From Thermofilaceae archaeon (lineage in GTDB: Archaea; Thermoproteota; Thermoprotei; Thermofilales; Thermofilaceae): DNA of 39,555 nt. Made by a program: the position numbers and the translations under genes. The notes under the pieces are model-generated. The model did no database searches. It was not told the DNA's origin and saw only the letters and a program-made list of their open reading frames with translations. Shown here piece by piece: positions 36,164 to 39,555 of the stretch (within the stretch, counting starts at the first letter, position 1; each line of letters begins with the position of its first letter). The stretch spans positions 1 through 39,555 of the forward strand of contig JAVYWK010000018.1 in the NCBI GenBank assembly GCA_038727095.1, read 5' to 3'.

Positions 36164-36271
36164 GTGGTGCACGTGGAGGTGAAAGCTAAGGTAGGGAGGA
36201 TCATCTCCTCTCGGGTCTCGAGGGCTCGGGGAAGGATTGGGAGGATCGTCTCCCCTCGAGTTTCCAGGTGA
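36164..36271 (+). CDS. Putative ~35-aa Arg-rich peptide with an internal duplication (not in ORF track)
   Basis: VVHVEVKAKV-GRIISSRVSR-ARGRI-GRIVSPRVSR*; stop overlaps the next ATG (TGATG 36269-36273). Confidence 0.4.
   Translation: MVHVEVKAKVGRIISSRVSRARGRIGRIVSPRVSR
36194..36268 (+). repeat. Imperfect 30-nt direct repeat, period 45 nt
   Basis: gggaggatcatctcctctcgggtctcgagg (36194-36223) vs gggaggatcgtctcccctcgagtttccagg (36239-36268); 5 mismatches. Confidence 0.8.
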
Positions 36272-36713
36272 TGGGGTTGGTTGTCAGGGTTAGAGTGAGG
36301 TTGAAGGCTCTCAAGGGGAGGAGGGGGGAGGTTGTCAAGAGCGTGGCTGTGGCTAACGCGGGGTACGAGTCGGAGGGCCCCGAAGTAGTGATCCCAGTGA
36401 GGGTTGCTGAGAGGCTGGGTTTATGGCCTAAGCTCCCGGAGGGGACGGAGGTTCAAGCTTACGAGGTTGCCGGGGGGCTCAAGGTTAGTCGTACGTGATT
36501 GAGGACTGCCTAGAGGTTCAGGTGGTTGCGGAGGACGCGGCCTCCGACCCGGTTAGGACGGTGGCGGTGGTGATGGAGGGGGAGAGCGAGATCCTGCTGA
36601 GCGACGTCTCGATAAGCGCCCACCGGATAGTCATTGAAGACCCGAAGAGGGGGCTCTGGAGGTTTAGAGGAGAGGAGAAGTTGAGGAGGAGCGAGAGCCC
36701 GGAGTACTGGTAG
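36268..36713 (+). pseudogene. Retropepsin-fold protein with Asn in place of the catalytic Asp, split by a frameshift
   Basis: VAVANAGYE...IPVRVAERLGL (frame 1) continues as SYVIED...EILLSD...IEDPKRGLWRF (frame 2); one base is missing near 36487. Confidence 0.65.
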
Positions 36714-36914
36714 AGAAACCGCACTGGGAGCGCTCACTGGCATGGTTAATGGTGAAACTTTAGGGAGCGCAGCTGTGGAAAGGGGCGAGATAACCCGTCT
36801 CATCTCCGGGAGCGGCGGGTTCTGCAGGCTCTTCCTCGAGCTCCTCAGGAGCTTAGTGTGAATCGGCAACGATCGATAAGCTTTTAGTGAGCGCGTGAAA
36901 CGTAAAGGCGGGCT

Positions 36915-37277
36915 ATGGGCTACTTAAGGGTTAAAGCCCTCGTAGGGAGCGCGGAGGGGGGCCCGTGTAAGGAGCTGAGCTTCCTGGTCGACACGGGAGC
37001 CTTCTACACGGTGATCCCGCCCTCCGTCGCCGAGGAACTGGGGATCAAACCGTACGCCAGGACCAGGCTGACGCTTGCCGATAAGCGGGTTATCGAGGCG
37101 GGAGTATCCCTAGCGTACATGAAGATCCTGGACAGAGAAGGGGTGCTCCCTGTGGCGATCCTGGAGTCCCCTGAACCGCTCCTCGGTGCCACAGCCCTCG
37201 AGGGGCTCGGGCTGAGGGTGGACCCGGCGACAGGGAGGGTGGAGCACTCCAGACCCTACGGGCTAGCGCTGCTCTGA
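36915..37277 (+). CDS. Clan AA (retropepsin-like) aspartyl protease
   Basis: FLVDTGAFYTVIP; LLGATALEGLGLRVDP. Confidence 0.88.
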   Translation: MGYLRVKALVGSAEGGPCKELSFLVDTGAFYTVIPPSVAEELGIKPYARTRLTLADKRVIEAGVSLAYMKILDREGVLPVAILESPEPLLGATALEGLGLRVDPATGRVEHSRPYGLALL

Positions 37278-37345
37278 CCTTCCAGCTTAATGCCGCGAAA
37301 ACGAACAGTGAGATTGCCGCGTCTGGCGTAAAAGGTGTGTGAAGG

Positions 37346-38374
37346 CTACCTGAGTTGCTCGCCCCACCTTTCCCACGCGGTGTTCAGCTCGTCCCTGACG
37401 TAGAAGTCCTCCAGCTTCTCCACATACCCGCTCCGCCTGTGGAGCACAACGTAGTGGCCGGTGAACTCCGTCACTCTCCCGATGACGGTGGCCCCCACAC
37501 CCAGCTTTTCGAGGATTTTCAGTGCCTCGCCCACCCTATCCTGGGGGATTGTTGCCACGAGGACGCCCGAGCTGATCAGCTTGAGCGGGTCGAGGCCCAA
37601 AGCACTAGTCATGATCGCCGTCTCCTCGGCTAACGGCACCCTCTCCACCCAGACCTCTATCGTCCTGCGGGACGCGTAGGCCACCTCGGCTAAGCCGCCA
37701 AGGAGACCGCCCTCGGTGGGGTCGTGCATCGAGGATGCCAGCTGGGCTTCAGCTAGGGCGAGAGCTTCCCTCACCACGCTGACCCTCCTCAGAAACTGCC
37801 TACCCTTCTCGAGGATCTCATCGGGGACGCCCATGCTCCGCAGCACACTCCCGAAGTCCGTGGCGAGTATCGCCGTCCCCTCGACTGCCACGGTCTTTGT
37901 CATTATCACCGCGTCGCCCTCTCTCGCGCCCGAGGTCGTCACGACCCGACCCTTCTCGGCGACGCCGAGCGCTGTCATCGAGATGAGAGGCCTTGATAGG
38001 CCCGGCGTGAACTCGGAGTGCCCGCCGACCACCATTACGCCCAACTCCTTCGCGGCTTCGTCTATCTGAGATGTGATTCTATCCACGAGCTCGGGGTTGG
38101 CGCCCTCGGGCAGGTAGAGGACGGAGAGGAGCCACCTCGGCTTAACACCCCGAACCGCAACATCGTTGCACGCGATATGGACGGCCAGCCACCCCATGCT
38201 CTCAACAGCCCCGGTGATCGGATCCACGTGAGCTACGAGAACCCTCCCACCCCCCAAGTCTATCACGGCCGCATCCTCGCCTATCGTTGGCCCCACGATG
38301 ACATCGGGGTCGGGAACACCAACTCTGCTCAGCACGTACTTGGTCAGCAGATCGGGTGGAAGCTTACCCGACAT
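37346..38374 (-). CDS. AIR synthase (PurM/HypE/ThiL-like) family protein
   Basis: GEDAAV, DPITG, NDVAVRG, GGHSEF, MHDPTEGG, ISSGVL; lacks the C-terminal PRIC Cys of HypE. Confidence 0.85.
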   Translation of the reverse strand: MSGKLPPDLLTKYVLSRVGVPDPDVIVGPTIGEDAAVIDLGGGRVLVAHVDPITGAVESMGWLAVHIACNDVAVRGVKPRWLLSVLYLPEGANPELVDRITSQIDEAAKELGVMVVGGHSEFTPGLSRPLISMTALGVAEKGRVVTTSGAREGDAVIMTKTVAVEGTAILATDFGSVLRSMGVPDEILEKGRQFLRRVSVVREALALAEAQLASSMHDPTEGGLLGGLAEVAYASRRTIEVWVERVPLAEETAIMTSALGLDPLKLISSGVLVATIPQDRVGEALKILEKLGVGATVIGRVTEFTGHYVVLHRRSGYVEKLEDFYVRDELNTAWERWGEQLR

Positions 38375-38437
38375 GCCCGCACCACGAACGTCGGTTCAAG
38401 GGGATTTAAAAATGAGTTACGATAGGTGGGCAGGCCG

Positions 38438-39553
38438 CTAGGGTAGGCTGCGGAAGAGCTGCTTAACCACCTTTGCTGAGAGCTTCGGTTGCCGATCCCT
38501 GGTGTAAACCCCCTTGCGGTTGAGGACAGTCCTGCCCGGGTTCTGCGGCGTCCGAAAGTCGGCGAAGTTCCAGATGTGCAAGCCCTGGATGTAGTCGAGC
38601 TTCCCCAGCTCCTCGACGTACCTCTTCAGGAACTCGGCTTGGTACTCCTCGCTCCACATCGCTGGTGGATCGCAGTGCACCCCAGCTACAGCGTCCGCGC
38701 CGAACTCTGCTATGATGATCGGCTTGCCCGGGTGCATATGGCGCACCTTCTCCACCTCCTCTAAGGCCCTCTTGACACCGGCCTCAATGTCGCCCCACTC
38801 CGTGTACCAGCCGTAGTACAGGTTGAGGGATACTACGTCCGCGTACCCCAGCGCTTTATCCCTTGAGTGCGCGAGCGAGGCAAACGTGACAGGCCTGGAG
38901 GGGTCCAGCTGCTTCGCGTACTCGATCAGCTCCCCCACGAACAGCGCGGCCTCCTCCCAGTAGGTGGGCGGCTCGTTGGCGACGCTGTACATTATCACTG
39001 AAGGCCTGTTCCCGTGCTCCTCAACCATCTCTCTAATGACGGCTTTAGCCTTCTCGAGGATCCTCGGGTCCTTGAACCACTTCCTCGCCTCCTCCTGGTT
39101 CGGAAACAGTCCGGGGAAGCCGGAGAGGCAGATCGTCGATTCAAGGATCACGAGGAAGCCCATCTCGTCGGCCAAGTCCAGGTGCTCCTCGCTGTACGGG
39201 TAGTGAGTCGTCCTGAAAGAGTTGGCTCCGAGCTTCTTCATGAGGTAGAAGTCCCTCACGAGAACGGCTCCGGGCACGTGCTTCCCCGTCCCCGGGTAAT
39301 CCTCGTGCCTACCAAAACCCTTCAGGTAGACGGGCCTATCGTTCAGGTAGACGCGCCCACCTTCGACGCGCACGCTCCGGAAGCCGATCCTCTCCTCAAC
39401 CGTATCGACGGGTTTACCGCCTTTCAGCAAGCTGACGCGGAGCGTGTAGAGGTTCGGCTCGTCCGGGGACCACGGCTTTACACCCTCGACTCTTCGATCG
39501 AGCGTTGCGATGCCTTCCCTGCAGCCGATCTTTTCCGAGAGCAGCAGGTCCCG
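38438..39553 (-). CDS. uidA: GH2 beta-glucuronidase-like glycoside hydrolase, 5'-truncated by the window edge
   Basis: WSPDEPNLY, GFGRHED, NSFRTTHYPY, SVANEP (acid/base), IIAEFGAD (nucleophile), WNFADF and NRKG (NxKG glucuronidase signature); frame open to the window end. Confidence 0.88.
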   Translation of the reverse strand, partial: RDLLLSEKIGCREGIATLDRRVEGVKPWSPDEPNLYTLRVSLLKGGKPVDTVEERIGFRSVRVEGGRVYLNDRPVYLKGFGRHEDYPGTGKHVPGAVLVRDFYLMKKLGANSFRTTHYPYSEEHLDLADEMGFLVILESTICLSGFPGLFPNQEEARKWFKDPRILEKAKAVIREMVEEHGNRPSVIMYSVANEPPTYWEEAALFVGELIEYAKQLDPSRPVTFASLAHSRDKALGYADVVSLNLYYGWYTEWGDIEAGVKRALEEVEKVRHMHPGKPIIIAEFGADAVAGVHCDPPAMWSEEYQAEFLKRYVEELGKLDYIQGLHIWNFADFRTPQNPGRTVLNRKGVYTRDRQPKLSAKVVKQLFRSLP

Positions 39554-39555
39554 CT

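Noticed and set aside
36194-36268. Mini CRISPR array
   Set aside because: Only two units with five mismatches, a 15-nt gap, no cas genes or leader; the substitution pattern fits coding sequence better.
36495-36713. Independent gene coupled by a GTGA overlap
   Set aside because: The two ORFs together give one continuous retropepsin-like pattern; a single-base deletion near 36487 is more parsimonious.
37346-38374. hypE
   Set aside because: It lacks the C-terminal PRIC cysteine and there are no hydrogenase maturation neighbours.
60-39203. Numerous short antisense or alternate-frame ORFs in the track (e.g. 574..1017, 931..1434, 4812..5468, 5759..6238, 22871..23374, 38018..38425)
   Set aside because: They overlap well-supported genes and have the Ser/Arg/Pro-rich composition typical of shadow ORFs in GC-rich DNA.
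1-39555. IS element, integrase or provirus explaining the mosaic
   Set aside because: No transposase, tyrosine recombinase, terminal inverted repeat, tRNA-att site or clear virion gene was recognised.

Overview
Archaeal DNA, most consistent with a thermophilic Thermoproteota lineage such as Thermofilaceae. This is inferred from TATA boxes about 23-30 nt upstream of start codons, frequent AGG/GTG usage and gene content. The window has three parts. (1) 1-5.4 kb: two divergent HEPN-MNT toxin-antitoxin (TA) pairs, a hairpin-rich 500-nt intergenic stretch, a beta-rich ConA/GH16-like hypothetical protein and an ADP-ribosylglycohydrolase-family multidomain enzyme. (2) 5.5-19.6 kb: a divergently transcribed, apparently lower-GC cluster, the best candidate here for an undescribed system. 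It encodes a 1484-aa fusion of a catalytically degenerate PA/M28 peptidase domain to an FtsX/MacB permease, a second 960-aa FtsX-like permease sharing an unusual C-terminal domain, two OPT-like (DUF6785/6784-type) polytopic membrane proteins, a membrane-anchored surface protein and a URO-D-fold enzyme, with no ABC ATPase. A GT-C-like membrane protein, a Cys-rich anchored surface protein and a membrane-tethered HTH regulator follow (19.7-24 kb). (3) 24-37.3 kb: a TA-dense decaying region with 3 more HEPN-MNT pairs and 4 VapBC-type pairs (3 with broken toxins). It also holds three retropepsin-like genes, truncated fragments of a GT4, an ABC ATPase and a geranylgeranyl reductase, an MFS transporter and a CARDB surface protein. 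The window ends with an AIR-synthase-family gene and a partial GH2 beta-glucuronidase. I found no rRNA, tRNA, CRISPR array, transposase or integrase. All family calls are by-eye motif recognition, not database searches.
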